IMG/VR virus record: IMGVR_UViG_3300049928_000003
Coordinates: 1-28,128 of that record
DNA length: 28,128 nucleotides
DNA from: a virus
Lineage: Duplodnaviria > Caudoviricetes
Direction: 5' to 3' (one strand)
The notes beneath the pieces were generated by a model that worked only from the letters and a program-made list of their open reading frames with translations, had not been told where the DNA came from and ran no database searches. Below are positions 1-7,695 of the stretch, piece by piece (positions within the stretch are counted from its first letter, which is position 1; each line of letters opens with the position of its first letter). Made by a program: the position numbers and the translations under genes.

Positions 1-202
1 ATCTCTACTCCAAGGAAAAATTCTTTTTGAGTCTATCAAAGGGTTTCCAAGGATATGAGCAAAATCTTTACAAATTCTTAATAACAAAAGTCGTGTTCGT
101 CGGGATTCTCTTTGTAGAATATAAAAAATATGAAGAACAATATATATACTATAGTGGACTTTAAGTGCTCTTTAATCCTACAACATCGATATGCGAATAA
201 AG

Positions 203-230
203 TTGATCACACTTGTTTAGTGTGTATACT
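203..230 (+). promoter_or_regulatory. Putative sigma70-type promoter with an inverted repeat in the spacer
   Basis: TTGATC (203-208), 16 nt, TATACT (225-230) in an AT-rich region upstream of the first gene; CACACT(208-213)-N5-AGTGTG(219-224) overlaps it. Confidence 0.5.
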
Positions 231-287
231 ATTGGGTACAATCGTACCGTACATCATCTCGCGCGTAAATAGTACAATAGGAGAGCT

Positions 288-452
288 ATGCTTAAAATCA
301 ACAATGTAGAGTCCAACTACGTGATCTGTAGGTCGTGTGGGAATACCAAGCATAAGACCGAAGATTTCTACGTTAATATCTATAGTGGCTATGGTATTCC
401 ATATTGCAAAACATGCGATTCTTGGAAGAGGGGTCATATCCCTCAGCACTAG
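288..452 (+). CDS. Small zinc-finger protein (54 aa, CxxC...CKxC), not in the ORF track
   Basis: AGGAG SD then ATG 288; translation MLKINNVESNYVICRSCGNTKHKTEDFYVNIYSGYGIPYCKTCDSWKRGHIPQH; the CxxCG.TK....FY...YCKxC pattern resembles the Zn module often found N-terminal to phage HNH/EndoVII nucleases. Confidence 0.8.
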   Translation: MLKINNVESNYVICRSCGNTKHKTEDFYVNIYSGYGIPYCKTCDSWKRGHIPQH

Positions 453-455
453 AAT

Positions 456-625
456 TTCAGGGTAAGGCATACGCCGCCAGTAGCCGGTACCGAACGAGCC
501 CGGAGCCCTGAATAAGTCAGCTAGGCACTCTGCCATCTGCCTCGGGGTGGGAACCGTTATCATGGCCTCTCTTGACTCCAGATGTTAAACAGGAGCGTGC
601 CTGAGCGAGGCGCTAGATTCGCTCA
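456..625 (+). ncRNA. Candidate structured RNA upstream of tRNA-Pro
   Basis: Nested helices read by eye: 456-463/505-512 enclosing 466-475 and 484-487/500-503; 523-528/597-602 enclosing 532-536/562-566, a GGGA tetraloop hairpin at 546-555 and 576-579/592-595; then 602-608/619-625. No credible ORF. Confidence 0.4.
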
Positions 626-628
626 CAT

Positions 629-699
629 CAGGATGAAGTGTTATGGAAGCACCCGGGCCTTGGACGCTCGAAGCGGTGGTTCGACTCCACCCCTCCTGA
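629..699 (+). tRNA. tRNA-Pro(UGG)
   Basis: Acceptor CAGGATG/CCTCCTG (one mismatch), D stem GTGT/GCAC, anticodon stem CGGGC/GCTCG with loop CT-TGG-AC (661-663), T arm GGTGG-TTCGACT-CCACC; C1-G72 and A73 as in Pro tRNAs; CCA not encoded. Confidence 0.9.
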
Positions 700-702
700 C
701 TA

Positions 703-877
703 GACGTGAACGGCGCAATAGCCTACCCTGGCCGAGTCGCCTGCTACTGCTGGATAAGAACAAGCCCAGCATACGTCACGAGCGAGTCCCTTACGTCCCT
801 GGGCGTCATCTGACAAATACGGGAGTGGCTATACGGACAGGATCCGTTTGAACCGTCGGGAGCCACTTAATAGTCGC
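703..877 (+). ncRNA. Candidate structured RNA between tRNA-Pro and tRNA-Leu
   Basis: GACGTG 703-708/TACGTC 772-777 closes three inner hairpins (712-723, 730-741, TGCTGG 748-753/CCAGCA 766-771); a further helix AGTGGCT 824-830/AGCCACT 861-867 has an internal hairpin. Confidence 0.35.
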
Positions 878-885
878 GGCGGCAT

Positions 886-958
886 GCCTCTCTACTCCAA
901 CGGCAGAGAGAACAGGCTTAGAACCTGCACAGTCAGAGTTCGAATCTCTGGGGAGGCA
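886..958 (+). tRNA. tRNA-Leu(UAG) with a short variable loop
   Basis: Acceptor GCCTCTC/GGGAGGC, D arm with GG, anticodon loop CT-TAG-AA (919-921), 5-nt variable region ACAGT, T arm CAGAG-TTCGAAT-CTCTG, A73; CCA not encoded. Confidence 0.9.
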
Positions 959-960
959 CT

Positions 961-1194
961 ATGACATACAAAGAGAAGACACTAGAAGAGTACAAAGAGT
1001 TTTATCGCAACAGCGATATCCAGGATATTAAGACCTGGGGTAGGGCCGCATTCGGGCAGCGTAGTGAAACTAGTCTCAACGCCTTTATGTGGTGGGGCCA
1101 TCAGTTGCATCTTCGCGACCTAGCACTAGATAAGAGTTCTGCCGAACAGAGCGCCGAAGTCATCAGAACCGTCAACAAGGAAGATAATGGCTAA
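961..1194 (+). CDS. Hypothetical protein (77 aa)
   Basis: GGAGG (952-956, inside the tRNA acceptor stem) upstream; overlaps the next gene. Confidence 0.7.
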   Translation: MTYKEKTLEEYKEFYRNSDIQDIKTWGRAAFGQRSETSLNAFMWWGHQLHLRDLALDKSSAEQSAEVIRTVNKEDNG

Positions 1195-1441
1195 GTGTGA
1201 CCAGGATAGTCCATACTACAAGCACCATCTACGTAATCATCGCGATGACCTGACTCCGTATCAGGCCGCATGTTATCATATGGGGGAAGCAGTATGGCAC
1301 ACGAACAGAGCTATAGAAGATTTAGCGGGTGAGGAAAAGACCGATTGTCCTCTTTCTCTACTCCGCACTATGCAGGGTATGCTCTACTACGCAGAAGAAA
1401 TGTTCATGGAAACCCATATCAGGACTGAGAATGTTCAATAG
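1187..1441 (+). CDS. Hypothetical protein (84 aa)
   Basis: AAGGAAG SD, ATG, short overlaps with both neighbours. Confidence 0.7.
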   Translation: MAKCDQDSPYYKHHLRNHRDDLTPYQAACYHMGEAVWHTNRAIEDLAGEEKTDCPLSLLRTMQGMLYYAEEMFMETHIRTENVQ

Positions 1442-1562
1442 TAATGTAAACCCACGGCGTCGTATCCGAACCCTCGAGGATTGGCTCTGCGAAATCTGTG
1501 ATAAGACCATTAAGAAGTATCATAACAAGTGTCCTAAGTGCGGGAATACCCGCCCAGAATAA
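1431..1562 (+). CDS. RanBP2-like zinc-ribbon protein (43 aa)
   Basis: ATG 1431 after AGGA; DWLCEIC-x10-CPKCGNTRP fits W-x-C-x2-C-x10-C-x2-C-x3-RP. The track start at 1329 is probably too long. Confidence 0.75.
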   Translation: MFNSNVNPRRRIRTLEDWLCEICDKTIKKYHNKCPKCGNTRPE

Positions 1563-1571
1563 GGAGGGTAT

Positions 1572-2015
1572 ATGCCAGAGATTGAACGCTTAGGTGGCGA
1601 CCTATACAACCCAGCTACGGGGTCTAGCGAAGATAACCGTACTCCCACAACTTGGAAAAATGTAACGTTGAATGCGGCAACAGCCGGTATTAATGTTTGG
1701 GTTCCAGCGGCGGGTAAGAGGTTCAGATTAATGGGGATTAAGGGTACTACTGGTATGAATGCTGCCTCTGGCACAAACGATATCACTGTGACCCTTACGG
1801 ATAACGGCGGCGGCCCTGTCATTGCTAAGTTTCAGGCATTTGTCCCTACAGCTTCTCTAACTACAACTCCCGGAAGCATTACCTTATTCGAGTGGAATCT
1901 TCCGGGTAATGGATATCTATCTGTTACACCTACTACCGGTGTTGTACGTATTGACTTGTCTACAGCCCTAGTTACTGGAATTGTTCAGATTAACGCCTGG
2001 GGTACCGAAGAATAA
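1572..2015 (+). CDS. Thr/Gly-rich beta-strand protein, possibly virion structural or decoration (147 aa)
   Basis: Strong AAGGAGG SD; composition typical of beta-sandwich virion proteins; function is inference. Confidence 0.7.
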   Translation: MPEIERLGGDLYNPATGSSEDNRTPTTWKNVTLNAATAGINVWVPAAGKRFRLMGIKGTTGMNAASGTNDITVTLTDNGGGPVIAKFQAFVPTASLTTTPGSITLFEWNLPGNGYLSVTPTTGVVRIDLSTALVTGIVQINAWGTEE

Positions 2016-2030
2016 CTAGGGGGTGATCTG

Positions 2031-3515
2031 ATTCCTGATTTCAAGTGGTCGGATCCGACAAGGCTATCTACCGATGAGCTAACGGACTACATTGCCCCCT
2101 ACCTGGTTAAGCTGGGCTGGTTCGCTAAGCACGGATACGTCCCGCATTACTGGCAGGCCCTCTTTCACTGTAACTCCTACGATGGTAAGTTAACGCGATT
2201 TCGCCATCTAGTAGCTGGACGCCGAGGAGGGAAAACCCTTTCGGCAGCGTGGGAAGTACTTTTCTACATGCTAAATCCAGAGTTCTTTCATCTAGACGTG
2301 CATAATGAAACGAACGCTCGCCCGTTGTGGGTGTGGGCTCTCGCCAAGAACAGTAAGGTTGGTTATCCATCGAAGCGTGCCTTTCGTGAATGCATTATTA
2401 CATGTAAGTTGATCAAGGGTAAAGACTATGAAGAGAACAAGACAGAAGGATTCTTCGAGTTTCCTAACGGATCCCGTATTGATTTTAAATCCGCAGACGA
2501 CCCTGAGTCCCTCCGAGGCGCTGGCCTTGATATACTCTGGATCGATGAGTCTGCCTTCATCCCTAACAAGGATGCCTACGACGTGGTACGACCGTCGCTG
2601 TCCGATCACGAAGGCATACTTATTACCACAACTACGCCAGATGGTAAGAACTGGTTCTACGATGAGTTCTGGTCAGACAAAGCCTTAGCTGATCTTAAAC
2701 AGGGGCGGGTCGAATACAGATCAATCGATAATGTCCATTTCCCTTCCGACGAATGGGTCTACTACAAGGAACAGACTCACCCGATGCGTTTCCGCATGGA
2801 GTTCATGGCGAGCTTCGATGCGATGGCAGGAAGGGAGTTGCAAGGTGACTGGCTTAGATACTACGAGCGAAGTGACATACCCAACGAAACAGGTCGATAT
2901 GAGACCTTGGAAACCTTCATCGGAGTTGACCCCGCTATCTCTCTTAGCGATGCAGCAGACCGCTTTGTTATGTCTTTGGTGGGGGTCGATAGGAAAACCG
3001 GACAGACTTACCTACTTGAACAGTATGCAGACAAAATCCCTTTTCCTGATCAGGTAGACAAGATCAGAGAGTGGCATTTGATCTACCGCCCTATGTATAT
3101 GGGTATCGAGTCGAATGCCTATCAGGCTGCTCTCTCGCAGTTCATGCTGCGCGATGAGCGCATGTTGCCTGTAATCCCAATTATGGCGAAGGAAAAGAAG
3201 TTCCAGCGGATTCTCTCTATGTCTCCGCTCTTTAAGATCGGTCGGGTTAAGATCCGTTCCGATCATATGGACTTCATCAACGAGTGGATCGATTATGATT
3301 CCACAGTTAGCAACCCGAAGGACGACTGTCTCGACTCCGTTGAGATAGCCTTGAGGGTTGCCGGAGCATTGCTCCCCATTCTTCCTACAGATAATACCCC
3401 CGATCCCAACGAGATGCCTCCAACTACTATGGACGAGCGCGCGCGTAGGGCTTTTCCTGGGGGAGCATGGTCTAGGGAATATGCAGGAGTAGGTGCTGAC
3501 ATTGGAGAATGGTAG
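2031..3515 (+). CDS. terL: Terminase large subunit (about 494 aa; probable ATT start)
   Basis: Frame open from 2016 with PHYWQ (Q motif) and Walker A LVAGRRGGKT (GRRGGKT at 2217-2237), then LRGAGLDILWIDES (Walker B), TTTP, and nuclease motifs IGVDPA and KDDCLDS. SD GGGGGTG 2019-2025 precedes ATT 2031. Product secure, exact start inferred. Confidence 0.93.
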   Translation: MPDFKWSDPTRLSTDELTDYIAPYLVKLGWFAKHGYVPHYWQALFHCNSYDGKLTRFRHLVAGRRGGKTLSAAWEVLFYMLNPEFFHLDVHNETNARPLWVWALAKNSKVGYPSKRAFRECIITCKLIKGKDYEENKTEGFFEFPNGSRIDFKSADDPESLRGAGLDILWIDESAFIPNKDAYDVVRPSLSDHEGILITTTTPDGKNWFYDEFWSDKALADLKQGRVEYRSIDNVHFPSDEWVYYKEQTHPMRFRMEFMASFDAMAGRELQGDWLRYYERSDIPNETGRYETLETFIGVDPAISLSDAADRFVMSLVGVDRKTGQTYLLEQYADKIPFPDQVDKIREWHLIYRPMYMGIESNAYQAALSQFMLRDERMLPVIPIMAKEKKFQRILSMSPLFKIGRVKIRSDHMDFINEWIDYDSTVSNPKDDCLDSVEIALRVAGALLPILPTDNTPDPNEMPPTTMDERARRAFPGGAWSREYAGVGADIGEW

Positions 3516-3633
3516 ATTAGATCCAAAGAGTTCTGATTTCCTAGTAAAATTAAAAGAAGTACTAGATGAGATTCGTAGTGATTTGCGTGCTGATCTAGAA
3601 AAGCAAAAACAAAAGGAGGCCAATAATGGCTGA
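3502..3633 (+). CDS. Small helical hypothetical protein (43 aa), not in the ORF track
   Basis: TTG 3502 after AGGTG (GTG 3493 is an alternative); MENGRLDPKSSDFLVKLKEVLDEIRSDLRADLEKQKQKEANNG; fills the gap between terL and the next gene. Confidence 0.65.
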   Translation: MENGRLDPKSSDFLVKLKEVLDEIRSDLRADLEKQKQKEANNG

Positions 3634-3847
3634 AGTTATGCCGAGCGGTGGGAATAACACTCACCCTCTTGGCCGTGGCCTTCAGGGCGCGGACAACAAG
3701 GCTGGAAACAGCGGAGTCAAGACTGAGAGCGAAACGTCGGATCTTCGCGATCCTACGGGTGGACAGGGGCCGATTCATGCCCATCGCGTGCCACCGCCTG
3801 TTCGCCCTGGTCGCGGTCTTCACGATAGCTCTAAGATTGGCGGCTAA
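3626..3847 (+). CDS. Gly/Pro-rich disordered hypothetical protein (73 aa)
   Basis: Perfect AAGGAGG SD; ends PGRGLHDSSKIGG. Confidence 0.75.
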   Translation: MAEVMPSGGNNTHPLGRGLQGADNKAGNSGVKTESETSDLRDPTGGQGPIHAHRVPPPVRPGRGLHDSSKIGG

Positions 3848-3849
3848 TC

Positions 3850-4026
3850 ATGGGTAATAGCGGAGCATGGACTCCGCCGCCCTTTAGCGGCAATAACGAG
3901 TGGACGAGTGATGTGTTCGGTAAGGGTATGATCAAGACTGCCACTGGCGCTTGGACATACGAGATTAACGAGCAGGATACTCCCACTAATGCGGAGACCA
4001 GCAAGAACAACGACGGTGATGACTAA
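3850..4026 (+). CDS. Hypothetical protein (58 aa), not in the ORF track
   Basis: ATG 3850 two nt after the previous stop; MGNSGAWTPPPFSGNNEWTSDVFGKGMIKTATGAWTYEINEQDTPTNAETSKNNDGDD; TAATG overlap with the next gene. Confidence 0.7.
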   Translation: MGNSGAWTPPPFSGNNEWTSDVFGKGMIKTATGAWTYEINEQDTPTNAETSKNNDGDD

Positions 4027-4355
4027 TGGCTCCCCGTATGCCTGGTGACGAAGCCCAGGGTAAAGTTAAGGGCGGGGACGGAGCACGTTCTCCTAAACCT
4101 AGTCCCGATCAGGGAGGATTCCATCCTGCTCCCGGTGAAAAGCATCCCACAGGTATTGAGGGTCTTCTCATTGGAGGCGAAGGCGTAGGACGACCGCCTC
4201 ATCCCGGTCTTACTGGCCCTATTCCGGGAGACGCCGGGCACGGGGCTGAACGAAATTCTCGTGTTATCGGCATTGAAGCCGGACTACATTTAGGTATTAC
4301 CCCAACTAAACCCGGTAGGGGAACCCATAATCGCTTACATACGGGAGGCTACTAA
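4026..4355 (+). CDS. Gly/Pro/His-rich disordered hypothetical protein (109 aa)
   Basis: TAATG coupling on both sides; ends PGRGTHNRLHTGGY. Confidence 0.75.
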   Translation: MAPRMPGDEAQGKVKGGDGARSPKPSPDQGGFHPAPGEKHPTGIEGLLIGGEGVGRPPHPGLTGPIPGDAGHGAERNSRVIGIEAGLHLGITPTKPGRGTHNRLHTGGY

Positions 4356-4735
4356 TGGCCGAGGATAAGAAGGTTGAAAAGCAGGACGTTGACTTCGACA
4401 AGCCTGAGGGCTATGACGAGGCCATCGCGGAGCAGAAGGTTGAAGTCGAGGAACAGAAGAAGCTGGACATTGAGCCAACTACGGTTGTTCGTTCCGCACT
4501 TCCGACCGTGGGCGCAGTTATTCCTCCGCTCAAGGCCGAATCGGCTAATGTTTCCTGGGAAGGCGTCCATTCGGATGCTGACCGCAAGGCTCTTGAAATT
4601 GCTCGCAATGAGGAAGTCGGAGCTATTCCCGCCGTGGTCGATGCTAAGCTTGCTGAAAAGACGGCTAAGAACGAAGACAAAGATGCCAAGAAAAAGACTC
4701 AGGCCCAGGTTAAGGCTGCTCAGGAAAATAAGTAG
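4355..4735 (+). CDS. Lys/Glu/Ala-rich hypothetical protein (126 aa)
   Basis: GGAGG SD, TAATG and TAGTG overlaps. Confidence 0.8.
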   Translation: MAEDKKVEKQDVDFDKPEGYDEAIAEQKVEVEEQKKLDIEPTTVVRSALPTVGAVIPPLKAESANVSWEGVHSDADRKALEIARNEEVGAIPAVVDAKLAEKTAKNEDKDAKKKTQAQVKAAQENK

Positions 4736-5049
4736 TGGCCCATCTATTTGAACACGGATATCTGTATGACGACTGCTACATTTGTGGCGGCGGTGATCGT
4801 CCGGGTGTCCATTGGGTAGATTATGAGCACGATTACCGAACCGAAGGCCCTTATAGTCGTGTGCGCAAGCGCCTCGTCTGTAGTAGCTGCATCGGCGAAG
4901 GTCTCGCTGCCCTAGCAAAACTAGTTAAGGATGAAGATGGCGCTGACGATCCAGGAGTTGACGACAGCTTATCGGGAATTGCTCTCGGAACACAGGGAGC
5001 TACTGAAGGAACATCGAAAGTTGCTCGTAACTCTAAGCGAAACACCTAA
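4735..5049 (+). CDS. Putative zinc-binding protein (CYIC...CSSC, 104 aa)
   Basis: GTG start coupled to the previous TAG; two CxxC pairs; the low-complexity C-terminal tail overlaps the next gene. Confidence 0.7.
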   Translation: MAHLFEHGYLYDDCYICGGGDRPGVHWVDYEHDYRTEGPYSRVRKRLVCSSCIGEGLAALAKLVKDEDGADDPGVDDSLSGIALGTQGATEGTSKVARNSKRNT

Positions 5050-5218
5050 GTATCTGACGGAGCCTCTTGATCTTATTGATCGGGAATACGTTGATACGGA
5101 TTCCAGAAGGGCTCCGCCTTTGCGGAATGACCCATTCAGAGAACTTGCAGCCGAGATGGCTGAAGAAGCACGACTATTGGAAAACGCCGTAGGCGTAGCT
5201 AACATCGAAATGCACTAG
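4937..5218 (+). CDS. Hypothetical protein with N-terminal heptad repeat (93 aa)
   Basis: AAGGA SD five nt before ATG 4937; YRELLSE-HRELLKE-HRKLL repeat; ends just before the portal SD. Confidence 0.7.
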   Translation: MALTIQELTTAYRELLSEHRELLKEHRKLLVTLSETPKYLTEPLDLIDREYVDTDSRRAPPLRNDPFRELAAEMAEEARLLENAVGVANIEMH

Positions 5219-5229
5219 AGGGGAGGTTC

Positions 5230-7695
5230 ATGGCTGATCCTAATGTGATGCCGACGCCCCAGAATCCTGGTGCAAAGAACGATATGTACTCGGTTTCTCA
5301 GCTTAATACTGCTGCGGATCTGACGAAGAAGTGGCAGGCCCTTAAGACGGCTAGGAACCTTCTCGAAGTACAGTGGAAACTGAACCTGGCCTATTACCAG
5401 GGACGCCAGTATACGTACTACAATAAGAATGCTCAACGTATCGAAGAACTTCCCACGTCTGACGGGGACAAGCCACGCTATCGCGTGAGGCTGAAGTCCA
5501 ATCAGATCATGCCGGGGACACAGGGTCTATTAGCGAAGATGACGAAGACCAAGCCGGTGCTAAATGCTACGCCTGGTTCGTCTGATCCTAACGATCTGCG
5601 TGCTGCGCAGATGGCTGAGCGTCTCCTGGAGTTCTGGTGGACTGACCTGAAGCTCGATGATAAACTCGAAGAGGCCCTTCTCTGGAGTATCGTCGCTAGC
5701 CACGGGTACCTCCGGACTAGCTGGGATGGTCAGGCTGGTAAGGCGATGCGGTTTATACTTGATCCTCAGGGGAATCCGATCACCGACAGTTCCTTGAAGT
5801 CGATCTATCTCAATGAGCTTGCGCAACTTGGTATTCCGCGCGAAGCTGTCGAGAAGACGTTCTACATGGGTGACGTTGCGGTGGAGTCTATATCTCCCTT
5901 CAACGTGCTCCTGGATAGCACTGTCACCAACTTCTACGACTGCAAATATTGTTTTATCGTCTCCTACATGAGCCCGGATGAGGCTAAGGCCCGTTATGGG
6001 GAATGGCTGAAACCTGACTCCACTCCAATACCAGAAGACGCACTGATCCCCACGAGTGGTGGATTCGGTAATAATGCCCTTAAGACTACATGCAGGGTCA
6101 TTACCGGTTATTTCCGCCCCACACCAGTATTGCCCAAGGGGCGTGTGGTCTGTTGGAGCGATTCGAATGATAAAATTCTTGATGACCAGCCCTGGCCGTT
6201 TCCTAGTCACGAGCTTCCTCTCATTAAGTTTGGTATGCTTAAGATCCCGGGTCAGCTATATGACTCCAGTGTCGTTGAGCACGCGATTCCCCTTCAGCAG
6301 GAGTTGAATCGTACGATCAGTCAGATCGTTGAGTATAAGAACCTTACGATCAAGCCGCGAGTCTGGGCTCCCGTAGGTTCCATGCGTGAGCGCATGACCA
6401 ACGAACCCGGCGCGATCTACCAGTTCACACCTATCGCGGGGATGAAGCCAGAAATTGAAACTCTACCTAGTATGCCTCCGTATGTCTTCGAACACCTGGC
6501 GGATATCTCTCAGCGCCTCAAGGACGCATTCTACACCAGTGAGATTGATGGCGGAACTCTGCCTCCCAACGTGGAAGCATTTACTGCAATCGATCTACTA
6601 CAGGAAATGTCCTCGGATCGTATCGCTCCGGCGATTAAACTAATGGAGAAGTCAATTGGGCAACTCGGACAGCATCTTCTCGGACTCGCTCAGCAATACT
6701 ATATTGAGCCAAGACTACTCGCAATCAAGGGTGCAAACGGATCTACACAGGTTAAGGAATTTACCAAGGCAGACATTAATGGCGGAGTTACAATCTCTGT
6801 CGAGGCTGGCTCGGGACTACCACGTACCCGGGCTGGACGAATGGCTCAGATCCAGGCTCTTGTAGAGAAGGGGTATATTTCCCCACAGAATGGTCTTAAG
6901 CACATGAACGTGGCTGACCTTAACGGCCCGCTGGCAGCAATTGCCTCGGACGAGGATCAGGCACTACGTGAGCATGACAAGATTATTGAGGGTCGTCCGG
7001 TTAATGCGGACGCAGTTCGACAGGCTATGCAGACTATCAATACCCCAGATCCTAAGTTTGGTGTTCCGGTTAATCCTGATTCAGGGCAGCCGTTTACATC
7101 CGCTCAGGAGATGCAGCAGTATGTGCATGAGCAGGGGCTACAGCCTACACACTTCGAGGACTATCAGACCCATCGTGAACAGCATTCTCTGTTTATGAAG
7201 TCTATCGAGTTCGAAGCTCTACCGGAGCAGACTCAGGCCGATTTCATTACTCATTATGATGCTACATACCAGATCATCCGGAATCTGCCGCTGCCCAATG
7301 TCAAGGGGCCTGCGGTCAACATGCGGATCAATACGACGGCTACGCCGACCGTGGCGACCGAGATTCTCAATCGCGCTGGCATCTACGATGTTCAGCCGGA
7401 ACAGTTCACGAACGAAGCGCCGCTTGACTCGGCAGTTATTGACGACACTATTCATAGTGATCCTCAGAACGTTGACCCGGTTCAGGAGGCACAGGCTGCT
7501 GCAATCCAGCAGGAGTCTGCAAATAAGACAGCTAAGACTCAGGCCGATATCGCGAAGACGACGCAACAGATGACTCACGCGGAGGAACTGCATCAGCAGG
7601 CCCATCAGCACAATCATCAGGCGCATCACGTTAAGCTAGCGACCCAGAAGCAAGCTGCCAAAAATAAGGGAAAGCCTAGTGGGTCGTCCAAGTAG
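5230..7695 (+). CDS. Portal protein (P22-like, long Gln/His-rich C-terminal extension), 821 aa
   Basis: GGAGG SD; W..NLAYYQGRQY, N.I.P, D..AAQMAERLLEFWW, ISPF, IPLQQELNRTISQI and GSGLP.TRAGR motifs typical of podoviral portals; sits in the head module. Confidence 0.9.
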   Translation: MADPNVMPTPQNPGAKNDMYSVSQLNTAADLTKKWQALKTARNLLEVQWKLNLAYYQGRQYTYYNKNAQRIEELPTSDGDKPRYRVRLKSNQIMPGTQGLLAKMTKTKPVLNATPGSSDPNDLRAAQMAERLLEFWWTDLKLDDKLEEALLWSIVASHGYLRTSWDGQAGKAMRFILDPQGNPITDSSLKSIYLNELAQLGIPREAVEKTFYMGDVAVESISPFNVLLDSTVTNFYDCKYCFIVSYMSPDEAKARYGEWLKPDSTPIPEDALIPTSGGFGNNALKTTCRVITGYFRPTPVLPKGRVVCWSDSNDKILDDQPWPFPSHELPLIKFGMLKIPGQLYDSSVVEHAIPLQQELNRTISQIVEYKNLTIKPRVWAPVGSMRERMTNEPGAIYQFTPIAGMKPEIETLPSMPPYVFEHLADISQRLKDAFYTSEIDGGTLPPNVEAFTAIDLLQEMSSDRIAPAIKLMEKSIGQLGQHLLGLAQQYYIEPRLLAIKGANGSTQVKEFTKADINGGVTISVEAGSGLPRTRAGRMAQIQALVEKGYISPQNGLKHMNVADLNGPLAAIASDEDQALREHDKIIEGRPVNADAVRQAMQTINTPDPKFGVPVNPDSGQPFTSAQEMQQYVHEQGLQPTHFEDYQTHREQHSLFMKSIEFEALPEQTQADFITHYDATYQIIRNLPLPNVKGPAVNMRINTTATPTVATEILNRAGIYDVQPEQFTNEAPLDSAVIDDTIHSDPQNVDPVQEAQAAAIQQESANKTAKTQADIAKTTQQMTHAEELHQQAHQHNHQAHHVKLATQKQAAKNKGKPSGSSK

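Noticed and set aside
207-851. Track ORFs 207-563 (-) and 582-851 (+)
   Set aside because: They overlap the better supported Zn-finger gene, tRNA-Pro and the structured region, and have no motifs.
700-885. Theta/HDV-like or pistol ribozyme next to the tRNAs
   Set aside because: I could not build the nested double pseudoknot or the pistol pseudoknot by eye; only a superficial GCCAC-TTAATAG resemblance.
2-900. 12-nt match TCTCTACTCCAA at 2-13 and within tRNA-Leu (889-900) as an att site
   Set aside because: 12-mer matches are expected by chance in 28 kb, it lies in the 5' part of the tRNA, and no integrase is present in the window.
919-921. TAG anticodon read as an amber suppressor or sign of stop-codon recoding
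   Set aside because: Anticodon UAG decodes CUA (Leu); an amber suppressor would have anticodon CUA. TAG, TAA and TGA all act as normal stops in this window.
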